This document shows positions 22,722 to 32,769 of a stretch of DNA of 64,000 nt, in pieces; the stretch's first letter is position 1; every line of letters begins with the position of its first letter. The DNA is taken from the NCBI GenBank assembly GCA_963729715.1, contig CAVSPA010000010.1, positions 160,001-224,000 on the forward strand, given 5' to 3'. Origin of the DNA: an uncultured delta proteobacterium (lineage in GTDB: Bacteria; Desulfobacterota; Syntrophia; Syntrophales; UBA2185). The position numbers were made by a program, and so were the translations under genes. Below the pieces are notes generated by a model. The model was not told where the DNA came from. It worked only from the letters and a program-made list of their open reading frames with translations, and made no database searches.

Positions 22722-23003
22722 TTAATGTTTGGTCGATCTCTTGGACGCCTTGAGCGGATTGAGTTTCTGCGTGGCTTCTTTGATCTCTCTCTTAATGTGC
22801 GATGCTGTCGGACAGTTTCCAGAAAGCCATTTGCTGGAAGGTTCAGGATAGACCTTGCAGTACTGACCGGTCGGGCAATCTATAATTTTGATGCAACCTT
22901 CACACTTCTCTATTACCGTGTAGCAATTACCCCCATTAAATCCACAACCTTTCTTGGTCATGAAGGCACACTCGGCCCCAATTTTGACGGTTTGACAGAC
23001 CAT
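22722..23003 (-). CDS. PxxKW family cysteine-rich small protein
   Basis: Nine Cys, YPEPSSKW motif, C-terminal KLNPLKASKR; AGGGGG RBS before ATG 23003. Confidence 0.85.
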   Translation of the reverse strand: MVCQTVKIGAECAFMTKKGCGFNGGNCYTVIEKCEGCIKIIDCPTGQYCKVYPEPSSKWLSGNCPTASHIKREIKEATQKLNPLKASKRSTKH

Positions 23004-23279
23004 TGGAATCACCCCCTTTCGTATCTTCTTTTATTTGCTTAATTGTAGCCAGTTCTTGATTTAATAAAAATCTTTTTCTTGTAACAAAATATACAAGTAT
23101 ATGTCAAGAAAAAAGTTCATTGAATTAACTTGTCGAATATTGGAATGATAACAGTGTCAATGCCTTATCGAATAAATTGACTTCGGACTACAATCATGTT
23201 AGGCAAACACCTCCGATGGAAATGAGTTTGAAAGCGCGGAGAAATCATCATCAGGCTTTCAGGATTAATTGTGACTGAC

Positions 23280-23549
23280 ATGGTAGTGATAAAAACGTTT
23301 GAGATAAAAAATAAGCTTGGTCTTCACGCAAGGGTTGCGGCAAAGCTCATCAATGTATCGTCGCGATTCAAGGCTAAGATATTTTTTGAGAGGGATGGTA
23401 AAGTTGCAAACGGGAAAAGTCTCCTCAGTATCTTGACGTTAGCCTGTCCTTTGGGAAGCCGACTGACGATAAGAGCGGAGGGAATGGACGCGCGAGAGGC
23501 TGTTCAGGACCTTGGCAAACTTATAGAAAGTAAGTTTGGAGAAGATTGA
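23280..23549 (+). CDS. ptsH: Phosphocarrier protein HPr
   Basis: NKLGLHAR (His15), NGKSLL (Ser46). Confidence 0.93.
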   Translation: MVVIKTFEIKNKLGLHARVAAKLINVSSRFKAKIFFERDGKVANGKSLLSILTLACPLGSRLTIRAEGMDAREAVQDLGKLIESKFGED

Positions 23550-25327
23550 TGGTCGATGACGCAGGGAAAAGGTCTTTTGTTCTGAAGGGCATTGGTGTCT
23601 CGCCAGGCATAGTGATTGGAAAGGCGCACCTCTTTGATCGTTTTGATGCCCAGGTTTCCTTCTACAGGCTTCGGGACAAGGACCTCGTATCGGAAGAGAC
23701 TAAGAGGTTTAAGGCGGCGCTGAAGGAATCGGAAAAACAGCTCCTTGAGGTTAAAAATAGACTGCGTGAACTGGCGGGACAGGAACCTTTATATATCATC
23801 GACGTACATTTATTGATACTCAAAGATAAGATGTTCATCAATCATACTATTCAGTATATCAAGGACTTGTGCATCAATGCGGAATGGGCCATCAAGATGA
23901 CCATCGACAGATATCGAGAGATCTTTGATAAAGTGGAAGATGAATATCTCAAAGGACGAATCAGTGATATTCGATACGTGGGGCAGATGGTTACGAGAAA
24001 TCTTGCCGGAGGTAAAGATGTCGTTCCGGATATTGCTGGCAAGGGGATAATCATTGCCGCAGACCTTTCGCCCGCGGATACTGCGCAGATGATGATGAAT
24101 AAGGTGCAGGGATTTGCAACTGATATGGGAGGAAAAACATCTCATACTGCTATTGTGGCGCGTGCTGTTGAGATTCCCGCCGTAGTTGGTTTGGAGTCTA
24201 TCACCAAAATGGTACGAACCAACGATGACATCATTATCGACGGCACGGCGGGGCTTGTTGTTGTGAATCCTGATCCGGAAATGATTAAGGTATATGACGA
24301 TAAGCGGAGGCATTTTGAAATAGCCCAGGAGAATTTTCTGAAATATGCCAGACTGCCTGCTGTAACAAAAGATAATTATAGAGTGGATATAGGGGGGAAT
24401 ATCGAGTTTATCGAAGAGATTCCCACTGCTGTATCCCACGGTGCCGAGGGCATTGGTCTCTACAGAACGGAGTTTATCTACATAAATAAAGGACAGCTGC
24501 CCACGGAGGAAGAACACTTTTCAAACTACAGAAGTATCGTTGGTGTAGAGGGTTTAAATTGGGCGACAATCAGAACCTTTGATCTCGGCGGTGACAAGTT
24601 TTACTCCGATCCCAAGTTGGCCAAAGAGATGAATCCTCAAATGGGTCTGCGAGCTATCCGCTTCTGTTTGAAAGAAGTCGATATGTTTAAGGTGCAGTTG
24701 CGGGCGATTGCCCGCGCCAGTGCTTTTGGAAAGACGAGGATCATGTTTCCCATGGTTTCGGGCATTGAGGAAATACGAGAAGCCAAGAGGATCTTTTTTG
24801 AGGTTAAGGGTGATCTTGTCGCCAAAGGCATACCAATGGGTGATGACATTGAAATTGGCGTCATGATAGAAGTTCCGTCTGCCGTGATTATTGCCGACGA
24901 ACTGGCAAAAGAAGTGGATTTCTTCAGCATAGGCACGAACGATCTTATTCAATATGCCTTGGCTATCGACAGAATAAACGAAAGAGTGACCTATTTGTAT
25001 GAACCGCTCCACCCTGCCGTTTTAAGACTCATCAAGCACGTGATTGACGTCGGTCATAACGCGGGCGTTCGGGTTGCCATGTGCGGGGAAATGGCAGGCG
25101 AACCGGCGTATATCATGATTCTCTTAGGTCTTGAGATAGACGAGCTGAGTATGAATCCCCTGGCAATACCGCGGGTGAAAAAAATCATTCAGGAATCTAC
25201 CCTAAAGGAATCCAAGACGCTGTTAGAGAAAGTTATGACTTTCTCATCGGCTGCTGTGATTCGAGAATTTGTCAACAACTATATGCGTGAACGTTTCCCG
25301 GAAGAATTCCAGACGAACGGCACTTGA
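23549..25327 (+). CDS. ptsI: PEP-protein phosphotransferase (PTS enzyme I)
   Basis: GGKTSHTAI, GIGLYRTEF, FFSIGTNDL, CGEMAG. Confidence 0.96.
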   Translation: MVDDAGKRSFVLKGIGVSPGIVIGKAHLFDRFDAQVSFYRLRDKDLVSEETKRFKAALKESEKQLLEVKNRLRELAGQEPLYIIDVHLLILKDKMFINHTIQYIKDLCINAEWAIKMTIDRYREIFDKVEDEYLKGRISDIRYVGQMVTRNLAGGKDVVPDIAGKGIIIAADLSPADTAQMMMNKVQGFATDMGGKTSHTAIVARAVEIPAVVGLESITKMVRTNDDIIIDGTAGLVVVNPDPEMIKVYDDKRRHFEIAQENFLKYARLPAVTKDNYRVDIGGNIEFIEEIPTAVSHGAEGIGLYRTEFIYINKGQLPTEEEHFSNYRSIVGVEGLNWATIRTFDLGGDKFYSDPKLAKEMNPQMGLRAIRFCLKEVDMFKVQLRAIARASAFGKTRIMFPMVSGIEEIREAKRIFFEVKGDLVAKGIPMGDDIEIGVMIEVPSAVIIADELAKEVDFFSIGTNDLIQYALAIDRINERVTYLYEPLHPAVLRLIKHVIDVGHNAGVRVAMCGEMAGEPAYIMILLGLEIDELSMNPLAIPRVKKIIQESTLKESKTLLEKVMTFSSAAVIREFVNNYMRERFPEEFQTNGT

Positions 25328-25442
25328 GATTAAGTGGAGAAAAAGCATTATTGTCGTCGTAGGTATCGGGTAAACTGTGCTTCCTGCGGCCGTGTATCGA
25401 GACAATTTACAGCCGGGAACTTCATTTTCGTAAGAGATCATC

Positions 25443-28073
25443 ATGTCCTTCCTGTCAAAAATTAGAGTGTGGATGGAAGAAGATGGAGATTTTTACGCAG
25501 GCCACCTGTACCGGGAGGATAACTTCCTCCTTTTCTGGCTGATCAAGAAGGTGTTGTCCAAAGTAGAACTTGCCGATGAGTATGTCGAAGCGCTAAAAAA
25601 TCTGTCTGAAAGAGGTACAGTCGTATACGCCATAAAGAATAAGAGTCAGCTAAACAGCCTCATTATTCGGGAGCTGTCCGCGCGAAGGGGTATCCCCAGA
25701 CCGGTTTACTGCCACGGCTTCAATATGATATTCTGGCAGCCTTTCCCTGCCCTTGCCAAGGTTGTCTTCTCGAGTATATCTCATTTGGTCTTCAAGAAAT
25801 CAGTCCCTGATGCCGCGAAGAAAAGTTATCTGAAGCGGATCATTGCCGAAGGGAAAAGTGCGATAATCCATCTAGGAGGTTCGGAATTTTTTGAAAGCCC
25901 GGTTACCGAGGATGGTGTCGCCCAATTGATAGATGCTCAGAATAACTCAAGTGTTCCCGTCTATATTGTCCCCGTCATGATTACTTACGGCCGGAGAAGG
26001 GAGAAAGAGAAAGAAAGCTTTCTAAATATATTGTTCGGCCAGACCGAAGAGACGGGTGCGCTCCGTCAGCTTATCACCTTCCTCAGGTATTCTAATAAGG
26101 CTACGGTGATATCCGCAGAACCTGTTGACTTGGCGGACTATGTCAATAAGAACGCAGGCGCAAAAATAGATGTCTTATATCATGATTTGAGAAGAGAACT
26201 GATTGAACGGATTGACGAAGAAAAGATGAGTATCGTAGGACCTGTCTTGAAGTCGAGGGAAGAGATCATCAGTATGGTTCTTAATGATGGCAACCTTGAT
26301 CATTTCATAGAAGATATGGCTGCACACGGGGCAAAAAACCATGTCTCCTTAGCTAAGGAAGCAGAGAAATATATCCGGGAAATTGCCGCCGACTATAATG
26401 ATATGTTTATTGAGCTCTGGGATAAATTTCTGACTTGGTTGTGGAACAACATCTATGACGGCGTAGTAGTGGACAAGCCGGGACTTGCTAAAATAAGAAA
26501 CTTATCAAAGAAAATGCCCTTCGTTATTATTCCCTGTCATAGAAGCCATATTGATTATCTTCTCCTTTCCTATGTCTTTTACGAGCATAATATACAGATG
26601 CCATTTGTCGCCGCCGGCACCAATTTGTCTTTTTGGCCCTTAGGATATCTATTTCGGAAATCGGGCGCTTTCTTTATCCGCCGTACATTTAAAGGGAATA
26701 AACTTTACGGCGAAGTCTTTGCCAAGTATCTGGAGGTCATCTTGAAAGAGGGTCTTCCCCTCGAGTTTTTCATTGAAGGGGGAAGGAGCCGCAGCGGCAA
26801 GATGGTAATGCCCAAGTTCGGCCTCCTTTCCATGCTTATTCAAGCTTACAGAAAGAGGGCCGGTGATGATCTGGCATTGATCCCTGTTTACATCGGCTAC
26901 GATCGAGTCATCGAAGAAGAATCCTACCTGAGGGAGCTTGGGGGAGTTCCCAAAGAGAGAGAAAAGCCGTCAGATGTCATCAAGAGCCGCAGATTTCTAA
27001 GGAAGCGTTACGGGCGCGTCTACGTAAATATCGGTGAACCGACCTTCCTGAAATCATATCTCGCTTCACAGGAAAAATCTTTTGACGATATGAGTATGGA
27101 TGAAAGGCAGAGCCTGTACAGAAAGATCAGTTATGAAATAACTCTGGAAATCAACAGGGTGTCCGTTGTTACTCCATTTTCTCTTATTGCCTCCGTTTTG
27201 CTGTGCCATGACAGAAGGGGCATATCACATGATGATCTCATGGCGGTGCTGAAATTATTTTATGACTATCTGAGCTACAAAAAAGTAAATTTTGCAGCAA
27301 CCTTGGTCCACAAGGAAAAGGCCTTTGTGGATGCCCTCAATCTGTTTGATGAGTCAGGAATTATATCCAAGATGGGGGCAGAAGAAGAAGAACCGGATGA
27401 AATGGAAGAGATTGTCTACTCTCTCGAAGAAAATAACCGCTTGAACTTAGAGTATTACAAAAATAATATCCTTCACTTTTTTGTCCCCATCAGTTTTGTA
27501 GCCGCATCGCTGTCTTCAAGCCATGAGGACATGATACCCCTGAACCGGATTGTGAAAGATTTCCAATTTTTAAAGAGGCTCTTCTGGCAGGAGTTCATCT
27601 TTGATGACCGGAAGGACGACTTGGATGAGGTAAACGATGTTCTCTCTTATTTGAATAGCAGGGGCATGATTGCTGCCCTGGAACAGAATGGGCAGGCTCT
27701 TGTCGAGGTGAAAGGCAAAGGAAAGACGAATCTTATGCCTTTCGCCGGGTTAATCAGCAACTATATGGAATCGTACTGGGTTGTGATAAGGAGCAGCATG
27801 TATCTCAGGAAGGGAGCCATGTCGGAGAGGGACTGGATGAGAAAAATCCAGCAGCTTGGCGCCAAGATGTACAAGAAGGGGGAGATACGAAGAGCGGAAG
27901 CCATGTCGCAGTCGAATTATCAAAGCGCCATGCAATTCCTCCAGGATGCAGATATCGTGTATGTTTCGGTGGCAAGCGAAAGCGGCGACAGGAAAGAAGC
28001 GAACATATTTACGCTTACCGGAAACAAGGCTGAATTGGATTCTGTAAGACGCCGTCTTTTCGAATTCTTGTAA
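25443..28073 (+). CDS. plsB: Glycerol-3-phosphate acyltransferase PlsB-like
   Basis: PCHRSHIDY (HX4D), GAFFIRR, FFIEGGRSRSGK. Confidence 0.87.
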   Translation: MSFLSKIRVWMEEDGDFYAGHLYREDNFLLFWLIKKVLSKVELADEYVEALKNLSERGTVVYAIKNKSQLNSLIIRELSARRGIPRPVYCHGFNMIFWQPFPALAKVVFSSISHLVFKKSVPDAAKKSYLKRIIAEGKSAIIHLGGSEFFESPVTEDGVAQLIDAQNNSSVPVYIVPVMITYGRRREKEKESFLNILFGQTEETGALRQLITFLRYSNKATVISAEPVDLADYVNKNAGAKIDVLYHDLRRELIERIDEEKMSIVGPVLKSREEIISMVLNDGNLDHFIEDMAAHGAKNHVSLAKEAEKYIREIAADYNDMFIELWDKFLTWLWNNIYDGVVVDKPGLAKIRNLSKKMPFVIIPCHRSHIDYLLLSYVFYEHNIQMPFVAAGTNLSFWPLGYLFRKSGAFFIRRTFKGNKLYGEVFAKYLEVILKEGLPLEFFIEGGRSRSGKMVMPKFGLLSMLIQAYRKRAGDDLALIPVYIGYDRVIEEESYLRELGGVPKEREKPSDVIKSRRFLRKRYGRVYVNIGEPTFLKSYLASQEKSFDDMSMDERQSLYRKISYEITLEINRVSVVTPFSLIASVLLCHDRRGISHDDLMAVLKLFYDYLSYKKVNFAATLVHKEKAFVDALNLFDESGIISKMGAEEEEPDEMEEIVYSLEENNRLNLEYYKNNILHFFVPISFVAASLSSSHEDMIPLNRIVKDFQFLKRLFWQEFIFDDRKDDLDEVNDVLSYLNSRGMIAALEQNGQALVEVKGKGKTNLMPFAGLISNYMESYWVVIRSSMYLRKGAMSERDWMRKIQQLGAKMYKKGEIRRAEAMSQSNYQSAMQFLQDADIVYVSVASESGDRKEANIFTLTGNKAELDSVRRRLFEFL

Positions 28074-28242
28074 TGATGGAATTGCGGAAGAATCAATCCA
28101 TCCTGCTTGATGCGTCGGGACCGCTAATCTCATATAATAATCTTTTCAAAGTTTTACATTGCTGCTGCTTCCCACATTGCGGGTCCAATCGGCAGTTTTT
28201 GTTTGACATGAATGGCCGTTCGTGCTAAGGAGCGCCACGCAA

Positions 28243-28524
28243 ATGGATAAGGATACGAAGAAGACGGCCATCCAAATGGCATATGCAAGCAGCATAGGCA
28301 TTTTCATGGTTGTGCTGATCTTTGGCGGTCTTTATCTCGGCGTTTTTCTGGACAGGAAATTCGATACCGGCTATATTTTCACAATTTTCCTTCTGATTGC
28401 GGCCATTGTTGCAGGATTCAGAAACATATATGTCTTAATCAAGAAAATACCGGATGAAAAGCCGTTAATTAAGTATCTGAAAAGTGAACCGCACAGAAAA
28501 AGACCCCCTGCAAAAGAGGCTTGA
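28243..28524 (+). CDS. AtpZ/AtpI family (ATPase gene 1) protein
   Basis: Two TM helices, GVFLDRKF motif; first gene of atp cluster; TTGACA upstream at 28204. Confidence 0.82.
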   Translation: MDKDTKKTAIQMAYASSIGIFMVVLIFGGLYLGVFLDRKFDTGYIFTIFLLIAAIVAGFRNIYVLIKKIPDEKPLIKYLKSEPHRKRPPAKEA

Positions 28525-28879
28525 GCTTACAAACTGGATCATCCTGGGAATATTGACGGTGATCAGTTTTATCTTCATGCCTCACAAGTTCGCCTTGGGC
28601 ATGCTGTTGGGTGGCTTTATAAGCATCGTAAATTTTCACTGGCTCGTCCGAGATCTCCGAAAGGCGTTCAGAAGTCTTTCAGAAAAGTCAAATTCTGCCG
28701 TGACGTTTAAATATTACATCAGGTTTGGCGTTACAGCAATAGCACTGTATTTTATTATTACCGGAGATATCGTTGATATAATAGGTTTACTGATCGGGCT
28801 TTCAACAGTAGTAATTGCCATAGTAATTACCACAATTGCTTTATATTCAAAAAAAAATTGTGTTGAGGAGGCTAGATAA
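28484..28879 (+). CDS. atpI: ATP synthase subunit I
   Basis: Four TM helices, GGFISIVNF, YYIRF; directly before atpB. Confidence 0.85.
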   Translation: MNRTEKDPLQKRLELTNWIILGILTVISFIFMPHKFALGMLLGGFISIVNFHWLVRDLRKAFRSLSEKSNSAVTFKYYIRFGVTAIALYFIITGDIVDIIGLLIGLSTVVIAIVITTIALYSKKNCVEEAR

Positions 28880-28882
28880 AAG

Positions 28883-29536
28883 ATGCATTCTCTTTCATTC
28901 CTTGAAAACCACTTGATCCCTGCGCACATAATGTATACCTGGTTTGTCATGGTACTGCTTGCACTATGCTCTTTTTTGGCAACGCGCAAGCTGGATATTT
29001 ATCCGACTAGATTTCAAAATGTGATGGAGGTTGTCGTCAGTGGTTTGGATTCTTTAATAACCGATACGATGGGTCATGACGGAAGGAAATTCTTTCCTCT
29101 CATTGCTACTATAGGGCTCTTTATTCTTACATCCAATCTCCTGGGACTTGTTCCAGGTTTTGAATCCCCCACGGCCAATCTGAACACGAATCTTTCCATG
29201 GCGCTGGTGGTCTTTTGCATGACGCACGTTATGGGGGTCAAGGTGCACGGGTACAAATACGTTAAGCAATTTATGGGTCCGGTGTGGTGGTTGACGCCGC
29301 TCATGGTGCTCATCGAACTCGTCAGTCATTTGGTTCGGCCCGTATCGCTCACGGTGCGATTATTCGGGAATATCGAGGGCGGGCATATCGTTGTTGCCGT
29401 ATTGTTCCTGTTAGCTCCCTTCCTCGTGCCCATACCGATTCTTTTTCTCAAGATTTTCATTTCCGTAATCCAGACCCTCGTCTTCATGTTGCTCTCAATG
29501 ATGTATATTGCCGGCGCCATGGAGGAAGCGCACTAA
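28883..29536 (+). CDS. atpB: F0F1 ATP synthase subunit a
   Basis: [34 protein letters not shown]. Confidence 0.96.
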   Translation: MHSLSFLENHLIPAHIMYTWFVMVLLALCSFLATRKLDIYPTRFQNVMEVVVSGLDSLITDTMGHDGRKFFPLIATIGLFILTSNLLGLVPGFESPTANLNTNLSMALVVFCMTHVMGVKVHGYKYVKQFMGPVWWLTPLMVLIELVSHLVRPVSLTVRLFGNIEGGHIVVAVLFLLAPFLVPIPILFLKIFISVIQTLVFMLLSMMYIAGAMEEAH

Positions 29537-29564
29537 AACACGCCAATCTGAACAATAACAAAGT

Positions 29565-29604
29565 GAGGGGCCAAGAATTGAACTGTCTTGGCTCCTCTTT
29601 TATT
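29565..29604 (+). terminator. Intrinsic terminator after atpB
   Basis: GAGGGGCCAAGA/TCTTGGCTCCTC 12-bp stem followed by TTTTATT. Confidence 0.8.
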
Positions 29605-29689
29605 CCCCGACAACCGAGGGAGGGAATAACGCTATGGGTATTAAATCTTACCGGTTCAGCCCGAGCACATCCAAAGATATAATCTATTA

Positions 29690-29790
29690 TGCGGTTAACT
29701 CTGACTGACGCGGCCGGATCCGCGCAGATGCGAACCGTGACAATTCTCAGGGCTGTAACTGCGCGAATTATGCCGGCCCCAGTCGGCAGG
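29690..29790 (+). ncRNA. Candidate structured RNA (long imperfect hairpin), family unassigned
   Basis: TATAAT at 29678-29683; nested stems CTGACTG/CAGTCGG, GGCCGG/CCGGCC, CGCGCAG/CTGCGCG. Confidence 0.4.
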
Positions 29791-29817
29791 ATTCTCTATA
29801 AATATGATAAGGAGGCA

Positions 29818-30732
29818 ATGCTGGAGATGTCTTTGAAAAGTGAAACCGCAAAACTGAATAGAATCATTTCCGTCATTTTCTTGACCATCATATTCATCTG
29901 CGCCGGGTATTCAACATCGTACGCAGAGAAGAACTTCTTGTGGCGTATTCAATCAAAGAGAAACACAGCATATGTGCTTGGTTCTATCCATCTCTTGAAG
30001 AAAGATGTCTATCCCCTCAGCAGAACGATAGAAGGCGCTTTTGAGAAATCGGATGTCCTGGCAGTCGAGACAGACGTCAGTGACATAAGCCGGCTGGATC
30101 TCCAGAAGTTGATGGAGAGTGCCTTTTACCCGGGCGGTGACAGCCTTGAAAAACATGTCTCCGCGAAAACCTTCAACCTCATCAAGGAGGAAACGGCAAG
30201 GGCAGGTTTGCCCATGGAGCTGGTCTATAACCAGCGTCCGTGGTTTTTGGGACTGACGCTGGAGTCGGTAGAACTAATGAAATCAGGCTATGACCCCAAT
30301 TACGGGATAGACAAACATTTTCTTTCAAAAGCTGAAGGCAGGAAAAAGATATCAGAACTGGAGAGTCTTGATTATCAAATTAATCTTCTTGCAGGCTTAA
30401 ACGACGATGAGCAGGAACTGTTTCTATTATATACATTGAAGGAATTAAAAATACTCGTGAAGGAAGTTGATAAACTCGTAGACGCGTGGAAATCCGGTGC
30501 CGTGGAGAAGATGGAGTCGACAGTGACAAAAAGCCTGACTGAGGACAGGCGATTCTATACTATTTATGATAAGCTGATCTATAAGAGAAACAGAAACATG
30601 GCACAAAAAATCGACGGCTACTTGAAGACAAACGGCACGTACTTCGTTGTTGTCGGGGCAGCCCATCTCCTCGGCGATAAAGGAATCATCCAGCTGTTGA
30701 AGGATAAGGGCTATTCCGTAGAACAATTGTAA
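29818..30732 (+). CDS. TraB/GumN family protein
   Basis: YVLGSIH, GIDKHF, ELES, RNRNM, FVVVGAAHL; signal peptide; start is 29818 or 29827. Confidence 0.88.
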   Translation: MLEMSLKSETAKLNRIISVIFLTIIFICAGYSTSYAEKNFLWRIQSKRNTAYVLGSIHLLKKDVYPLSRTIEGAFEKSDVLAVETDVSDISRLDLQKLMESAFYPGGDSLEKHVSAKTFNLIKEETARAGLPMELVYNQRPWFLGLTLESVELMKSGYDPNYGIDKHFLSKAEGRKKISELESLDYQINLLAGLNDDEQELFLLYTLKELKILVKEVDKLVDAWKSGAVEKMESTVTKSLTEDRRFYTIYDKLIYKRNRNMAQKIDGYLKTNGTYFVVVGAAHLLGDKGIIQLLKDKGYSVEQL

Positions 30733-30746
30733 TGAATATCATAAAA

Positions 30747-31346
30747 CTATTGACTGATCTTCAGGCCGCTGGCGAGAAGAAGCATAACCCCCTTTCTCAC
30801 CATCATAACGGCAATGGCAGCGAGCAGAAGGGCAGCAAGCTTGGAAACCGTCCTGGCTCCGGACTTCCCCAAAAGGCGGATGATCGGCGCATAGAGCCAG
30901 AATGTGAAGCCGGCAATCAGTATATTCACGATCAGGGCGGCCACCGTAGCTAAAGGTCCATACTCCTGAACGAGGATTAATATAGTGGTGAGGACGGCAG
31001 GACCGACGATCAGGGGTACACCTAAAGGCACTGCGCCGAGACTCTCCGGATCGATCTGACTCCACCTTCTTTCCATGGACATTAAATCATCGAGGGAAAT
31101 AATAAAGAGGAGGGTTCCACCCGCGATCATGAAATCAGAGACGGTGATACCCAAAAGATCCAGGATCACTTTTCCTACTGCCAGAAAAATAACGGCTACG
31201 ATGGTTGCCGTAACAACGGACTGCACAATAATCCGGTTGATTTTTGGTCTGTCCAGCCCCTCGGTAAAGTTCATGAACATAGGCAGGACGCCGATGACAT
31301 TCACCGCCATGAATATGGGTAAAAAGCAGAACCAGAACCTGTTCAT
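30747..31346 (-). CDS. MarC family membrane protein
   Basis: FMIAGGTLL, VPLGVPLIVGPA; six TM helices. Confidence 0.9.
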   Translation of the reverse strand: MNRFWFCFLPIFMAVNVIGVLPMFMNFTEGLDRPKINRIIVQSVVTATIVAVIFLAVGKVILDLLGITVSDFMIAGGTLLFIISLDDLMSMERRWSQIDPESLGAVPLGVPLIVGPAVLTTILILVQEYGPLATVAALIVNILIAGFTFWLYAPIIRLLGKSGARTVSKLAALLLAAIAVMMVRKGVMLLLASGLKISQ

Positions 31347-31545
31347 GGGATCGCTGCCTCACACTTGGTATTATTCTACATTATAAGGAATAGAACAGAA
31401 TAGGACAACAATAATTATGAAAGATACTTGTTACACGCTTGGAATATAGCACAGCGGCAAGAGACGCTGCTGCAATATGTGAATTTTTCTCCGCTGTGGC
31501 GTCCATGAGAAAATACTGTTTTGATAATAGTGGAGACGAATATAA

Positions 31546-32013
31546 ATGATTGATAGAACACCAGAACGGAGTGGAGAACTCTTCAAATCAGGATTTCGCT
31601 GAGCCGAAAGCGTTTTGCTTTCCGTGGCAGAGAGCAAAAATGTTAGATCGGAATTAATTCCGAAAATCGCCAGCGGCTTCTGCGGCGGAATCGCAAGGAC
31701 GAGCGGGATTTGTGGAGCGGTCAGCGGCGCCGTTATGGCGATAAGCATATTTTATGGAAGAGGCTTGCCGGATGAGCCAATCGATAAGAGCTACGTCCCA
31801 GTAAGAAAATTAATAGAAACCTTTGAGAACGAATTCGGTTCGACGAATTGCAGAGAGTTGACAGGGTGCGATCTGGGGACAGACAAAGGCAGGAAGAGAT
31901 ACTTTGCAACGAATATGCTTGAGCGATGCAGAGGTTATACTGAAGAAGCCACAAGAATGGCAATGTCAATTATCGAAAGAAAACCGCAGACGGAAGTTGT
32001 TGCAAACGCATAA
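31546..32013 (+). CDS. C_GCAxxG_C_C family selenoprotein (in-frame UGA = Sec at codon 19)
   Basis: ATG 31546 with GGAG RBS; ...FKSGFR-UGA(31600-31602)-AESVL; downstream GFCGG, ICGAVSG, STNCRELTGC; SECIS-like hairpin 3' of UGA. Confidence 0.85.
31613..31639 (+). promoter_or_regulatory. Putative bacterial SECIS element
   Basis: TTTTGCTTTC-CGTGGCA-GAGAGCAAAA 10-bp stem; loop G about 21 nt after the UGA. Confidence 0.7.
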
Positions 32014-32039
32014 CAGCTGTCAACGAGATAATCAAGAAC

Positions 32040-32747
32040 ATGCTAATTCATTATTTCCAGCACGTGCCATTTGAGGGATTAGGAAGCATTGAAGGGTGGA
32101 TACGTGACCGTCGATATCATCTGACGGCAACGAGACTCTATCAAAGTGACCCGATGCCGGACATGGAAGGATTTGACTTGCTCGTTGTCATGGGAGGTCC
32201 GATGGGTGTTCATGATGAAGATAGATTCCCCTGGCTGGCGACGGAGAAGCGCATTATTGAGAAAGCCATGGATAAGAGAAAGGCTGTTCTGGGAATATGC
32301 CTCGGTGCCCAACTGATAGCCGATGTTCTTGGTGCCAGAGTGTATCGTAATCGAACCAGGGAAATCGGCTGGTTTCCCATTGAGCTCACGGAGGCGGGGC
32401 GACGCTCTCCGTTATTCGGTTTCATGCCCGAGCGGTTGGAAGTGTTCCACTGGCACGGTGATACATTTGATTTGCCGGCTGGGGCAGTACATATAGCGCG
32501 CAGTGAAATATGCACACACCAGGCTTTTGTGTACAACAAGCGGATAATCGGGTTGCAATTCCACCTGGAGTCCACTGCGGCGGGCGTCGAGGCACTCATT
32601 GAGAATTGCTGAGAGGAATTAGCCGGTAGCAGATACATTCAGGCCCCGTCGCAATTGAAGGCCCATGCAGAGGCTTTCCGCGTTATCAACGGGGCAATGG
32701 ACGAACTGCTTTCCGGAATTGAGAAAATGGTCAAGCAGGCATCATGA
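32040..32747 (+). CDS. Class I glutamine amidotransferase-like protein with internal UGA at 32610-32612 (nonsense mutation or readthrough)
   Basis: QHVPFEGLG, GICLGAQ, WHGDTF, LQFHLE; frame continues 44 codons past the UGA (EELAGSRYIQ...) to TGA 32745-32747. Confidence 0.8.
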
Positions 32748-32769
32748 CGGCACTGGTTACCCCCAACTG

